A stretch of DNA of 64,000 nt from an uncultured Bacilli bacterium. Lineage in GTDB: Bacteria > Bacillota_I > Bacilli_A > RF39 > UBA660. The stretch is from assembly GCA_934149245.1 (NCBI GenBank), contig CAKPER010000003.1, positions 2,269-66,268 of the forward strand, read 5' to 3'. Positions 18,638 to 27,608 of the stretch are shown here, piece after piece; the stretch's first letter is position 1; each line of letters starts with the position of its first letter. Below the pieces are notes generated by a model. That model was not told where the DNA came from. It saw only the letters and a list, made by a program, of their open reading frames with translations, and did not search any database. The position numbers and the translations under genes are program-made.

Positions 18638-18819
18638 TATAAAGTTCTGTTATACTTTGTCACTGATAACATTAAATTTTTATTTTTTTAGTTTATTATT
18701 TTTCAGAAATTATGAGTTATAATTTTATATTGTTATAAATGTTTAGTATCAGTCGTTATGGTTAATACAACTTTGTATAAAAAAATATTTATGAATTAAT
18801 CATAAATATTTGATGATAG

Positions 18820-19623
18820 TTATTCGTCAGTGTATTCTCCAGATTTAAAGTCATAGTGGCCATTGCCATATTTTTCTTTAAGTTTTTTATTATCATAGCC
18901 GAATGGATCACTTCCTTTTGAAGGATGACAGTAGTAAGTCCAAGTAATGGCATCATTACCAAAACTATCAGAACTTTGTTTACATTTAGAAACATAACGT
19001 ACATATTCTTTTTTATTATTCTTATTAATAAGTTTTCCGTTGTTGGAAACTTCTTCTAAATCATTGACATCATCATGCTGATTGATATATTTTGGGAGTG
19101 TTCTTTTTCCATCTACTAAAACTTTTTTTACGGCATCAATTACTTTATCTGTAGCTTTATTTTCGCTTGATCCATTGTCCATGTAGTAGCTAGCATTAGC
19201 AAACCAGCCACTGTTTCTAATGTAATCGTAAAGTCCTTCTGAACCTGTTTGACCATCATATTTGCCATTATTATTAACTTCAAATAGATTTGCCATCAGT
19301 GATGCTTCAGCAGCAGCTCCTTCTACTGTTCCTTGTTCTTGAACACATAATCTAGCTATTTTTTTGACTTGTTCATCGCTTAAGTCATAAGTAGAGAAAT
19401 CTGTATTAATTTCTTCAGCAGAAGATGTATTTAGAATATTTTCGTTATCAAGATCAAAATCCTCTATTGAAACATTTCGATTAGCTTCTTTGTTTTTATA
19501 GTTTAATGGATTATTTAACTGTAATATTGAGCTTGGGGGAAGTTCTATATCTGGTATCCATAGGTCAATTTCTTTGCCGGTATATACATTTTTTGTAATT
19601 CTTTTTATTTCCATACTATTCAC
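18820..19623 (-). CDS. hypothetical protein with weak SleB/CwlJ-type cell-wall-hydrolase resemblance
   Basis: 267 aa, no signal peptide. IARLCVQEQGTVEGAAAEASLMANLFE loosely resembles the Hydrolase_2 core. It is one of the few minus-strand genes in a + strand block. Confidence 0.35.
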   Translation of the reverse strand: MNSMEIKRITKNVYTGKEIDLWIPDIELPPSSILQLNNPLNYKNKEANRNVSIEDFDLDNENILNTSSAEEINTDFSTYDLSDEQVKKIARLCVQEQGTVEGAAAEASLMANLFEVNNNGKYDGQTGSEGLYDYIRNSGWFANASYYMDNGSSENKATDKVIDAVKKVLVDGKRTLPKYINQHDDVNDLEEVSNNGKLINKNNKKEYVRYVSKCKQSSDSFGNDAITWTYYCHPSKGSDPFGYDNKKLKEKYGNGHYDFKSGEYTDE

Positions 19624-19759
19624 TCCAGTTCTTTTTATTTAGATATTTTTGGTTAGTAGAATTTTTCTACTCAAGTAGATATTATCATTATTTTTATGTT
19701 TTGGCAATATGAATTTTGTTTGATTTATAATAAAAAAGTTTTTTTATTTGGTGAATATA

Positions 19760-19788
19760 TTGACATGTTTACTAATATTTATTATCAT
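19760..19788 (+). promoter_or_regulatory. sigma-A type promoter upstream of rpiB
   Basis: TTGACA, 17-nt spacer, TATCAT. It lies about 30 nt upstream of the rpiB start. Confidence 0.55.
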
Positions 19789-19818
19789 TAATTTAGCGTA
19801 TATGAAGGAGGAATAAAA

Positions 19819-20262
19819 ATGAAGATAGGTATTTGTTCTGATCATAGAGGATTTTATATGAAAAGTGTAATACTTGAGTATTTAGAACATTCTGGTTATG
19901 AAGTAATTGATTTTGGAACTGATAGTGATGAATCTGTTGATTTTCCAGTTTATGCTTTTAAACTTGGTGATGCTATTAGTAAGAGAAAAGTTAATTTTGG
20001 AATAGCTATATGTGGTACTGGTATTGGAATGAGTATAGCCTTAAATAAAGTAAAAGGCGTTTATTGTGCTAAAATTAGTAGTATAAATGAGGCTGTTTTA
20101 TGTAGACAACATAATAATGCAAATGCTATTGCATTTAGTGCAGATATTGATCAAGAGTTGGCAAAAGAAATGGTTGATAAGTTTTTAGAAACAACATTTT
20201 TAGATGCAGATAAATATAAAAGAAGAAATAAAATGATAAAAGATAGAGAAAAAAATGATTAA
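19819..20262 (+). CDS. rpiB: ribose-5-phosphate isomerase B (RpiB/LacAB family)
   Basis: MKIGICSDHRGF and GIAICGTGIGMSIALNKV. Confidence 0.9.
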   Translation: MKIGICSDHRGFYMKSVILEYLEHSGYEVIDFGTDSDESVDFPVYAFKLGDAISKRKVNFGIAICGTGIGMSIALNKVKGVYCAKISSINEAVLCRQHNNANAIAFSADIDQELAKEMVDKFLETTFLDADKYKRRNKMIKDREKND

Positions 20263-20446
20263 AATAGTTCTTTATATTATTGTTATTCCAATAGTTGTTT
20301 ATTGTTTGGATAGTGTTGATATAAATAAGTTCTTTAAAAAGGGACGTAGTAATTATTATCAAGCAAGAATATTTTATATATTTTTAGTGATGATGATGTC
20401 TTATTTAATAGTAAATTTTATGAATGATTTTTTAGGAGTATTTTAA
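20255..20446 (+). CDS. DUF1146 (YwzB-like) small membrane protein
   Basis: 63 aa with two hydrophobic helices. The YQARIFYIFLVMMMSYLIVNFMNDFL pattern resembles Bacillus YwzB. It overlaps the rpiB stop. Confidence 0.65.
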   Translation: MIKIVLYIIVIPIVVYCLDSVDINKFFKKGRSNYYQARIFYIFLVMMMSYLIVNFMNDFLGVF

Positions 20447-20459
20447 AGCGAGGTTAATT

Positions 20460-21398
20460 ATGAAAAAAATGTTATTAATTACAGTAGTTTTAATTATTAT
20501 TCCTTTTTTTGTGGTTAAAATAAGTAATAAGGATTTAAAAAAGTATACGGAATCTGAGATAAAATTGGATTTTGTATCAAATAGAATAGTGAGAGTTAAG
20601 AGAGTAAATAAAAATAGAATAGATAATGTTAGATTAGAGGAATATGTTGTTGGAGCTGTTGGAGGAGAGATGCCAGTTAGTTTTTCGATTGAGGCTTTGA
20701 AGGCACAAGCTGTTGCTAGTAGAAGTTATGTTTTAAAAAAACAAGAAAATAATAAGGATGGTACTTATGATGTTGTTGATACAACTAGTAATCAGGTTTA
20801 TTTAGATGATGATGATTTGAAAGAAAAATGGAAAGATAGTTATGTTAGTTATATAAATAAAGTTAGAGAAGCAGTTAATGAAACTTCTATGGAATATTTG
20901 GAATATAATGGAGAGATTGCTAATACAATGTTTTTTTCTACTAGTAATGGTTATACTGAAGATAGTCAAGTAGTTTTTTCTGAAGATATTCCTTATTTAA
21001 AGAGTGTTGATTCAAAGTGGGATGAATCTATTTCTAGTTCTTTTAATTATGAAGTTGAAATGAGTTTAGATGATTTTTATAAAAAATTGGATTTAAATTA
21101 TGATAAAAATTTATCTATAGTTTTATTAGATAGAAGTAGTAGTGGAAGAATAATTTCTTTAAAAATAAATGGTAAACTATTTACAGGAAGGGAAGTATAT
21201 AATAAATTAAAAATTAGATCTACAGATTTTGCTATTATTCAGGAAGGGGAAAAAGTTAAAATTAAGACTAAAGGATTTGGTCATGGTGTTGGAATGAGTC
21301 AGTATGGTGCATTTGGTATGGCTAAAAATGGTTATAAATATAACGAAATATTAGCACATTACTATAAAGGAACAAATTTAAAAAAATTAGCAAACTAG
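20460..21398 (+). CDS. spoIID: stage II sporulation protein D (lytic transglycosylase)
   Basis: EEYVVGAVGGEMP, ALKAQAVASRSY, GHGVGMSQYGAFGMA. Confidence 0.9.
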   Translation: MKKMLLITVVLIIIPFFVVKISNKDLKKYTESEIKLDFVSNRIVRVKRVNKNRIDNVRLEEYVVGAVGGEMPVSFSIEALKAQAVASRSYVLKKQENNKDGTYDVVDTTSNQVYLDDDDLKEKWKDSYVSYINKVREAVNETSMEYLEYNGEIANTMFFSTSNGYTEDSQVVFSEDIPYLKSVDSKWDESISSSFNYEVEMSLDDFYKKLDLNYDKNLSIVLLDRSSSGRIISLKINGKLFTGREVYNKLKIRSTDFAIIQEGEKVKIKTKGFGHGVGMSQYGAFGMAKNGYKYNEILAHYYKGTNLKKLAN

Positions 21399-21438
21399 TG
21401 TATAAAAAACTTTACTTTAGTAAATAATTAGAGTAGAG

Positions 21439-22095
21439 GTGAGAAAGGTGAAAAAAAGAAAATTAAAACCATTTTTAGTTCCTGTTGTTTATGTTTTATC
21501 TTTTGCAATGTTAATTACAAGTGTTTACTTTATAGAAAGAATTATAAATAATACTGTCTTTAAGAGTGAAAATATCAAAGAAGTAAATAAAGATGAGGAT
21601 GAAGATATTAATATTTCTAATGATATGCCAGTTGTTAATACTGAACCACAGATAATAAGGCCATATATAAATGAGAAAGTTTCTGTTGTAAAGAATTATT
21701 ATAATTATAAAGCTGATAATGCTAGTCAAGAGAATTCAATTTTATATTATGGTAATACTTATATGCAAAATTCTGGTATTGATTATAGTGCTAATGAAGA
21801 ATTTGAGGTTGTTAGTGTTTTAGACGGTACTATTACTGAAATAGTAGATGATGAGGTAATGGGTAAGACAATAAAAATAAAGCATAATAATGATTTAGTT
21901 AGTGTATATCAAAGTATGGGAACTGTTGATTTTAAGGTTAATGATACTGTTACTCAAGGTGCTGTAATAGGACTTAGTGGTGTAAATAATGTTAGTAAAG
22001 ATTTAGGTAATCACTTACATTTTGAATTATACCATAAGGGTAATGTTGTGAATCCTGATGATTATTATGGTAAGCTTGTTAGTGAGCTTAAGTAA
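21439..22095 (+). CDS. M23/LytM-domain membrane protein, SpoIIQ-like by position
   Basis: N-terminal TM helix. The LytM domain keeps HLHFELY, but its HxxxD motif reads NSGID. The gene lies between spoIID and spoIIID, as spoIIQ does in Clostridia. The true start may be the GTG at 21448, which has better spacing to GAGGTGA. Confidence 0.7.
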   Translation: MRKVKKRKLKPFLVPVVYVLSFAMLITSVYFIERIINNTVFKSENIKEVNKDEDEDINISNDMPVVNTEPQIIRPYINEKVSVVKNYYNYKADNASQENSILYYGNTYMQNSGIDYSANEEFEVVSVLDGTITEIVDDEVMGKTIKIKHNNDLVSVYQSMGTVDFKVNDTVTQGAVIGLSGVNNVSKDLGNHLHFELYHKGNVVNPDDYYGKLVSELK

Positions 22096-22162
22096 GGTGG
22101 TACTATTCCACTTTTTTTCATATATTTTTGAATATCCAATATATTTTATAAAGGAGATGTTT

Positions 22163-22420
22163 ATGAATAAAAGAATAATTAATCGGGTAAAAGAAGAGGG
22201 TAAGTGTATGATTGATACTGGTAAAACAGTTAGGGAGATTGCTTCTATATTTGGAGTTAGTAAGAGTACAGTACATAAGGATCTTAAGGATAGATTACTT
22301 GAAATAGATAGTTCTATGTATGATGAAGTTTCTAAAATTTTGCAATATCATATTGATGTTAGGCATATTAGAGGTGGAGAATCTACTAGGAGAAAATTTT
22401 TTGAAGAAAATGCAAATTAG
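22163..22420 (+). CDS. spoIIID: sporulation transcriptional regulator SpoIIID
   Basis: The start was moved to the ATG 6 nt after AAGGAG. The 85-aa product has the HTH GKTVREIASIFGVSKSTVHKDL and the RHIRGGESTRRKF tail. Confidence 0.9.
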   Translation: MNKRIINRVKEEGKCMIDTGKTVREIASIFGVSKSTVHKDLKDRLLEIDSSMYDEVSKILQYHIDVRHIRGGESTRRKFFEENAN

Positions 22421-22473
22421 TAGTATTCAAACTTGTTAATATGTGGTAAAATAATGGTTAGGATGGTGATATT

Positions 22474-23469
22474 ATGTTTAACAAAGACATTGGAATAGAT
22501 TTAGGAACTGCAAATGTGCTTATATATATAAAGGGACAAGGGATAGTATTGGATGAACCAAGTGTGGTGGCTATTGATACTGATACTAAGAAACCTTTAG
22601 CTGTTGGTACAGAGGCAAGAGAAATGTTAGGTAGAACACCAGGTAAAGTTAAGGCTATAAGACCTATGAAAGATGGTGTAATTGCTGATTTTGATACTAC
22701 TGAGGTTATGCTTAATTATTTTATTAAGAAAGTTAGTGGAAAAAGTTTCTTTTCGCGTCCTAGAATACTTATTTGTTGTCCTTCTAATATCACTCAGGTA
22801 GAAAAAAATGCCATTATTGAAGCAGCTGAAAGAACTGGAGCTAAGAAAGTTTTTATTGATGAAGAACCTAAAGTAGCAGCTATAGGAGCTGGAATGGATA
22901 TTTCTAAACCTAGTGGAAATATGGTTATTGATATTGGTGGTGGTACTACTGATATTGCAATTCTATCTTTAGGTGGAATTGTTAACAGTGCTTCTATTAG
23001 AGTTGCTGGTAATGCTTTTGATAGTGACATAGTAAAGTATATTAAAGATAAATATAAATTACTTGTTGGTGATAGGACTGCTGAGGATATTAAAATAACG
23101 ATAGGTACAGTTTATCCTGGATCTAGAAATGAAAAGATGGAAGTTAGGGGAAGAGATTTAGTTACAGGTCTTCCACATTCTATAACTATTACTAGTGATG
23201 AGGTTGAAGAAGCTTTAAGAGAAAGTATTTATACTATTGTTCATGCCGCTAAAGGAATATTAGAACAAACTCCTCCTGAATTATCTGCTGATATTATTGA
23301 TAAAGGTATAGTTCTTACTGGTGGTGGTTGTATGGTTGATGGATTTAGTCAATTATTATCTCAAGAGTTAAAAGTACCAGTCTTTATAGCTGAAAGTCCT
23401 CTAACATGTGTAGCTGAGGGTACTGGAGTTTTACTAGATAATATAAATTTAATAGATGGAAGATTGTAA
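22474..23469 (+). CDS. mreB: rod-shape determining actin homolog MreB/Mbl
   Basis: IGIDLGTANVLIY, IDIGGGTTDIAILSLGG, VLTGGG. It lies downstream of spoIIID, as mbl does. Confidence 0.93.
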   Translation: MFNKDIGIDLGTANVLIYIKGQGIVLDEPSVVAIDTDTKKPLAVGTEAREMLGRTPGKVKAIRPMKDGVIADFDTTEVMLNYFIKKVSGKSFFSRPRILICCPSNITQVEKNAIIEAAERTGAKKVFIDEEPKVAAIGAGMDISKPSGNMVIDIGGGTTDIAILSLGGIVNSASIRVAGNAFDSDIVKYIKDKYKLLVGDRTAEDIKITIGTVYPGSRNEKMEVRGRDLVTGLPHSITITSDEVEEALRESIYTIVHAAKGILEQTPPELSADIIDKGIVLTGGGCMVDGFSQLLSQELKVPVFIAESPLTCVAEGTGVLLDNINLIDGRL

Positions 23470-23477
23470 GAATATTT

Positions 23478-23510
23478 AAATTATTACTTTTTATGAGTAG
23501 TAATTTTTTT
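23478..23510 (+). terminator. rho-independent terminator of mreB/mbl
   Basis: 11-bp stem AAATTATTACT / AGTAGTAATTT (one G:U pair), 7-nt loop, T-run. Confidence 0.6.
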
Positions 23511-23606
23511 ATTTTACATTTTTATAAAAATTTTAAATAGGTGATTACTTTTCCTTTTATATAATTTATATTTGTTATATAATTATGATAATAGGAGAGT
23601 GAAAAA

Positions 23607-26600
23607 GTGGATAGAGTATGTAAAGATTTATTAGATAATTTAGAAAATCGAAGTAGTGAAGAAAATTTTAATATATTTTGTTCTTTGGATAAACAGCATA
23701 AAATTGAAGTTTTAGACCAAGTTAATGATTATTATGGTTTTATGTTTGTTTCTAATTTACAATCAAAAGTGATTATGGTAGAACTTTTATGTGAAGTAAA
23801 ATCTGATAATCTTAAAATTAAATGTGTTAATGATATTAAATTTAATGATTATGATAGAGTAGATATTTTATGTAGTTTAGAGTCGGATGATTTAAAAATA
23901 AAATATTTGAATGAACTTGATGGAGTGTCTAAAATAGAAATTATTTGTAGTTTAAAATCAGATGAATTAAAATGTCGTTATATTGATAATTATAGTGATA
24001 ATTTTGATGATGATGTGGCATATTCGAGTAGACATGCGGAAAAATATTTTGACAAAAATAGTATTATCTGTAGTTTAAAATCAGATGAATTAAAGTTAAA
24101 GTATTTTAATGATTTTGGTGATTCAGAGATTCTTTGTAGTTTAGGGTCAGATGATTTAAAACTAAAATATTTTAATGAACTTTATGATGATTATTCCAAA
24201 GTATCAGTTATTGAGAGTTTAAAATCAGATATTTTAAAAGAAAAATATTTGAATACTATTACTCTAGAGAATGGTTATGATGAATTGGATATTGACTATT
24301 TGAAAAGTGTTGTTATAAAAAGTTTTGCTTCAGATGAATTAAAGGTTAAATACTTAGAAAATTTTGATCTTGATGGGGTTTATATAGTTTGTAGTTTAAA
24401 ATCAGATGATTTAAAACTAAAATATTTAGATAGTTTTGATGATTCAGCTGGATTAAAAAGATTAAAAATAATCTGTAGTTTTGCTTCAGATGAATTAAAA
24501 CTTAAATTTTTAGATGACTATAATAAAGCTGGTAAAGCAGAAATTATCTGTAGTTTAAAATCAGATGAATTGAAGATAAAAAATTTACCAAAATTTTATG
24601 GTAAATTGAAAGAGAAAATTGTTCTTAGTCTTTCTAGTACAGAAAAATTATTTGATTATTTGCAAAAAAGTAATAATTCTGAATTAATAAATAGTTTGTT
24701 ATTTAGTAGTAGTTCAGAAAAACAATATGTAGTAATAATTGACTTATTATTTATGAAAGATAAGGATTATTCTCCAGAATTAATAGAGAAACTTTGGGAC
24801 GATAAATTGGACTTAGAAAAGAAAATTTATATGGTATCAAAAATTTCTTCTTTAAGTATAGATGATGAAATAATACCAAAAATTATTTTTTTAATTAAAT
24901 ATTCTTGGGGAGATGAGGTTAGTTTTATCAAAAATTTTAAGAAAGTTAATACATTTGTTGAAAAGGTAGGAATTTCTACGGATGAATTTTGGAAGTATTG
25001 TGTTGGTGATGTTACTGTTTTTGATAAAATTTCATTAATTACTGATGAAGATAATTTTATTAGAGTGAAAAACTACTTTTTTAAAAATATTTATGAAAAA
25101 AATGATTCAATAGTAAATCAGGTAAAAAATTTTATTAATTTAGTTAAAAATTATGATGATTATAAGGATTTATGTAATGATGTATTGAATAATAGTTCTC
25201 AGTTAAAAAATAATTATAAAGATGATATATTATTTTTATTCAATAGAAATACTGTTATGGTTGATTTTGATAAACCTCACGATTTAGACGAATGTAGTTT
25301 AATTAGAGAAAATATTAAGAATAAATATAAAAAAAGTTTGATTAATGTTTCACATCTAAATGATGAGGAATTAAAGGATAATATTTGTAAGGTATTATTT
25401 AATAGAGATTTGAAATCTTTACAAAAAATCATTGATATTTATGGTAATGTTGAAGAATTAAGAAAGTTGCAATTTAATGATAGAAATGATCCTGTTATAG
25501 TTGATGAGATAGAAAAAATGATTGTTTATGTATCTTTTTTTGAAGAAATAATAAGTTTAGATGATAGGGGGATTTTAGAGAAACTTGCCTCTAATATTAG
25601 TAATAATTTAGATTTGATTTTAGATTTTTCTTTACAGAAAAATAATTTAGAAGAAAAGTATCGAGATTTATATGGATTAGAATCTGAAAGAGGGACTACA
25701 AAAATAATTAAAGGGGAAGCTTCTTATTATTCAGTTATTGATAAAGAGAAGACTTCTAAGTATGGCGTTGATGTATATGATTTTTCTCGTAAGGAGTATT
25801 GTTTATATGCTCATGTTTGTAGTAAATCTGAGTCTTATGAAGATTTAATAAATGGAAAAGCTACGTTAGATACCAATTTTATTTCTTTTTCACCAATAAG
25901 TTATAGAAATCAATTATATCGTGATTATAGAAAAAATAAAATTATATTCGGATATGATAATGTTCCAAGTGATAAATTTATTATGAGTTCTCCTAAAAAT
26001 TTGGGTAGTAATTTTTTCTTGAAGAGGGGAAATATTGATGCTCATTATGAAGTAGTTAATAGGTATCAAAGAGGAATTTTGGAAACTAGTCGAGCTAGTT
26101 ATTCAAATGCAGAAACTTTGTGTATTAGGGAAGGTTTGAAACCAAAGTATATTATTTTACCTAAAGGTAAAGAACCAACTTCTGAAGAATTGGAAATAGC
26201 AAAAAAATATAATTTAAAATTTGTTATTACTCAACCTAATCAAGCTTCTATTAATAATCCAGAGAAAATTCCACAAGAATATAATGAATTAGAAAAAGAA
26301 GATTTAAGTAATATAAATAAATTAAAAGAATTGAGAGATAAGTTAGCTAAGTATAGTAAAAAAGGTAAAAAAAGAAGAATTGCTATAATGACAGATTCAC
26401 ATGCTTTATTTGAACCAACTTTGGCAATTTTAGAAGATGCTAGAAGAAATGGTATTAGTGAAATCTATTCTTTAGGCGATAACATTGGTACTGGCTCTAA
26501 CCCTAGAGAAGTTTTAGAATTGCTGGATAAATATAATGTACAATCTATAATGGGGAATCATGAATTATATGTTACCAAAGGAGTCGAAGCTTTAAGAGAA

Positions 26601-27059
26601 CATTTAGAACAAGTAGGTGCTTATGGTTCGGCTAAAAGAAATAGTGATTGGACTAGAAAACAATTAACTTCTGAGCAAATAAAAAACTTAACATTATATC
26701 CTAAGGCAAAAGAGTTATTGATTGGAAATAAAAAGATACTATTATGTCATTCAATTAAAGATTTTAATACTGGAAAGTTGTTATATAATACTGATGATTA
26801 TGATAAAGTATTTCAAGGACATATTCATTTTAAAAGAAGTGATGGAAATGTTGAAACAGTAAGAGGAGCTGGAATAGGTTCGGAAAATGATCAGTATGAT
26901 GCTTCTTATATTATTTTAGAAGAAGATGGAGATGATTTTAAAATTATTGAAAGAAATATTCCATTTGATAATAAAAATTTAACTCAAAGTATAAATTTAA
27001 GTAGTTTAAGTGATGGAGAAAAGAATAAAATTTATAATTGGGTTGGTGGAAGGAGATAG
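23607..27059 (+). CDS. large repeat protein with a C-terminal calcineurin-like metallophosphoesterase domain
   Basis: GTG start 8 nt after AGGAGAG, 1150 aa. The N-terminal ~330 aa carry about 11 copies of the I-C-S-L-K-S-D-E-L-K-L-K-Y-L motif. The last ~230 aa carry the MPP motifs IAIMTDSHA, SLGDNIGTG, GNHELY, LLCHS, QGHIHF. Confidence 0.75.
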   Translation: MDRVCKDLLDNLENRSSEENFNIFCSLDKQHKIEVLDQVNDYYGFMFVSNLQSKVIMVELLCEVKSDNLKIKCVNDIKFNDYDRVDILCSLESDDLKIKYLNELDGVSKIEIICSLKSDELKCRYIDNYSDNFDDDVAYSSRHAEKYFDKNSIICSLKSDELKLKYFNDFGDSEILCSLGSDDLKLKYFNELYDDYSKVSVIESLKSDILKEKYLNTITLENGYDELDIDYLKSVVIKSFASDELKVKYLENFDLDGVYIVCSLKSDDLKLKYLDSFDDSAGLKRLKIICSFASDELKLKFLDDYNKAGKAEIICSLKSDELKIKNLPKFYGKLKEKIVLSLSSTEKLFDYLQKSNNSELINSLLFSSSSEKQYVVIIDLLFMKDKDYSPELIEKLWDDKLDLEKKIYMVSKISSLSIDDEIIPKIIFLIKYSWGDEVSFIKNFKKVNTFVEKVGISTDEFWKYCVGDVTVFDKISLITDEDNFIRVKNYFFKNIYEKNDSIVNQVKNFINLVKNYDDYKDLCNDVLNNSSQLKNNYKDDILFLFNRNTVMVDFDKPHDLDECSLIRENIKNKYKKSLINVSHLNDEELKDNICKVLFNRDLKSLQKIIDIYGNVEELRKLQFNDRNDPVIVDEIEKMIVYVSFFEEIISLDDRGILEKLASNISNNLDLILDFSLQKNNLEEKYRDLYGLESERGTTKIIKGEASYYSVIDKEKTSKYGVDVYDFSRKEYCLYAHVCSKSESYEDLINGKATLDTNFISFSPISYRNQLYRDYRKNKIIFGYDNVPSDKFIMSSPKNLGSNFFLKRGNIDAHYEVVNRYQRGILETSRASYSNAETLCIREGLKPKYIILPKGKEPTSEELEIAKKYNLKFVITQPNQASINNPEKIPQEYNELEKEDLSNINKLKELRDKLAKYSKKGKKRRIAIMTDSHALFEPTLAILEDARRNGISEIYSLGDNIGTGSNPREVLELLDKYNVQSIMGNHELYVTKGVEALREHLEQVGAYGSAKRNSDWTRKQLTSEQIKNLTLYPKAKELLIGNKKILLCHSIKDFNTGKLLYNTDDYDKVFQGHIHFKRSDGNVETVRGAGIGSENDQYDASYIILEEDGDDFKIIERNIPFDNKNLTQSINLSSLSDGEKNKIYNWVGGRR
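23680..24590 (+). repeat. intragenic coding repeats
   Basis: ATCTGTAGTTTAAAATCAGATGAATTAAA-like 35-40-nt units recur about 9-11 times with variable spacers, for example near 23941, 24066, 24131, 24389, 24470 and 24545. Confidence 0.85.
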
Positions 27060-27063
27060 TAAA

Positions 27064-27240
27064 ATGAGAGAAATTGTAAATGATTCAGAAATTAAAGAAA
27101 TAAAAAAAATAGTTGATATTCTTGATCCTGATAACAAAATGTTTTTGGATACTAGAGAATATTTAAAGAAACAAGAAAAAACTTCAAAAAAAAGAGTTAA
27201 GTATTTTGAACAAAAAAATAATAAAAGAATGGAAAAATAG
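27064..27240 (+). CDS. small hypothetical Lys/Glu-rich protein (58 aa)
   Basis: ATG 5 nt after the stop of the 1150-aa gene, with GGAAGGAG upstream. No motif recognised. Confidence 0.35.
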   Translation: MREIVNDSEIKEIKKIVDILDPDNKMFLDTREYLKKQEKTSKKRVKYFEQKNNKRMEK

Positions 27241-27302
27241 TTATTTAATAATAAAGATTATTTTGCTTTTAGATTATTATAGAGAAATTTTCTGCTTATA
27301 GC

Positions 27303-27488
27303 GGTTCTTCGAATTTCGGTGGACCTAGAAAAAATTAGTTCAAAATAATTGAGCTAATTTTTTTGATAAATAAAAAGACATTGACATACTTCTTTAGTAC
27401 AATGTTTATATAACAAAAAAATACAAAGTACAATATTTCAAAGTATACCTAACTAAATTAAGCCAGGTCCATCGAATTTCGAAGAACC
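27303..27488. mobile_element. MITE-like non-autonomous element (186 bp), copy 1
   Basis: Terminal inverted repeats GGTTCTTCGAATTTCGGTGGACCT (27303-27326) and AGGTCCATCGAATTTCGAAGAACC (27465-27488). These are flanked by a perfect 8-bp direct repeat CTTATAGC (27295-27302 and 27489-27496). There is no ORF inside. Confidence 0.65.
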
Positions 27489-27559
27489 CTTATAGCAATG
27501 GTTAGGAATTTCTCTTTTTTGTTTTAGATGCATTTTTATATAATGTAAAAGTTTTTTTC

Positions 27560-27588
27560 TTGCATAATAGCAAGCTTTACACTATAAT
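27560..27588 (+). promoter_or_regulatory. sigma-A type promoter for the ecf operon
   Basis: TTGCAT, 17-nt spacer, TATAAT. It lies about 20 nt upstream of the ecfA1 ATG. Confidence 0.6.
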
Positions 27589-27608
27589 ACTTGTAGGTCG
27601 TGATAATT

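Noticed and set aside
23680-24590. Regularly recurring ~35-40-nt repeats that might be taken for a CRISPR-like array.
   Set aside because: The repeats lie inside a continuous 1150-codon ORF. The spacers vary widely in length. The repeats translate to a conserved peptide motif, so they are coding repeats.
27381-27410. TTGACA inside MITE copy 1 as an outward-facing promoter.
   Set aside because: No acceptable -10 hexamer lies at a 16-18-nt spacing. The good ecf promoter (TTGCAT-N17-TATAAT) lies outside the element at 27560-27588.
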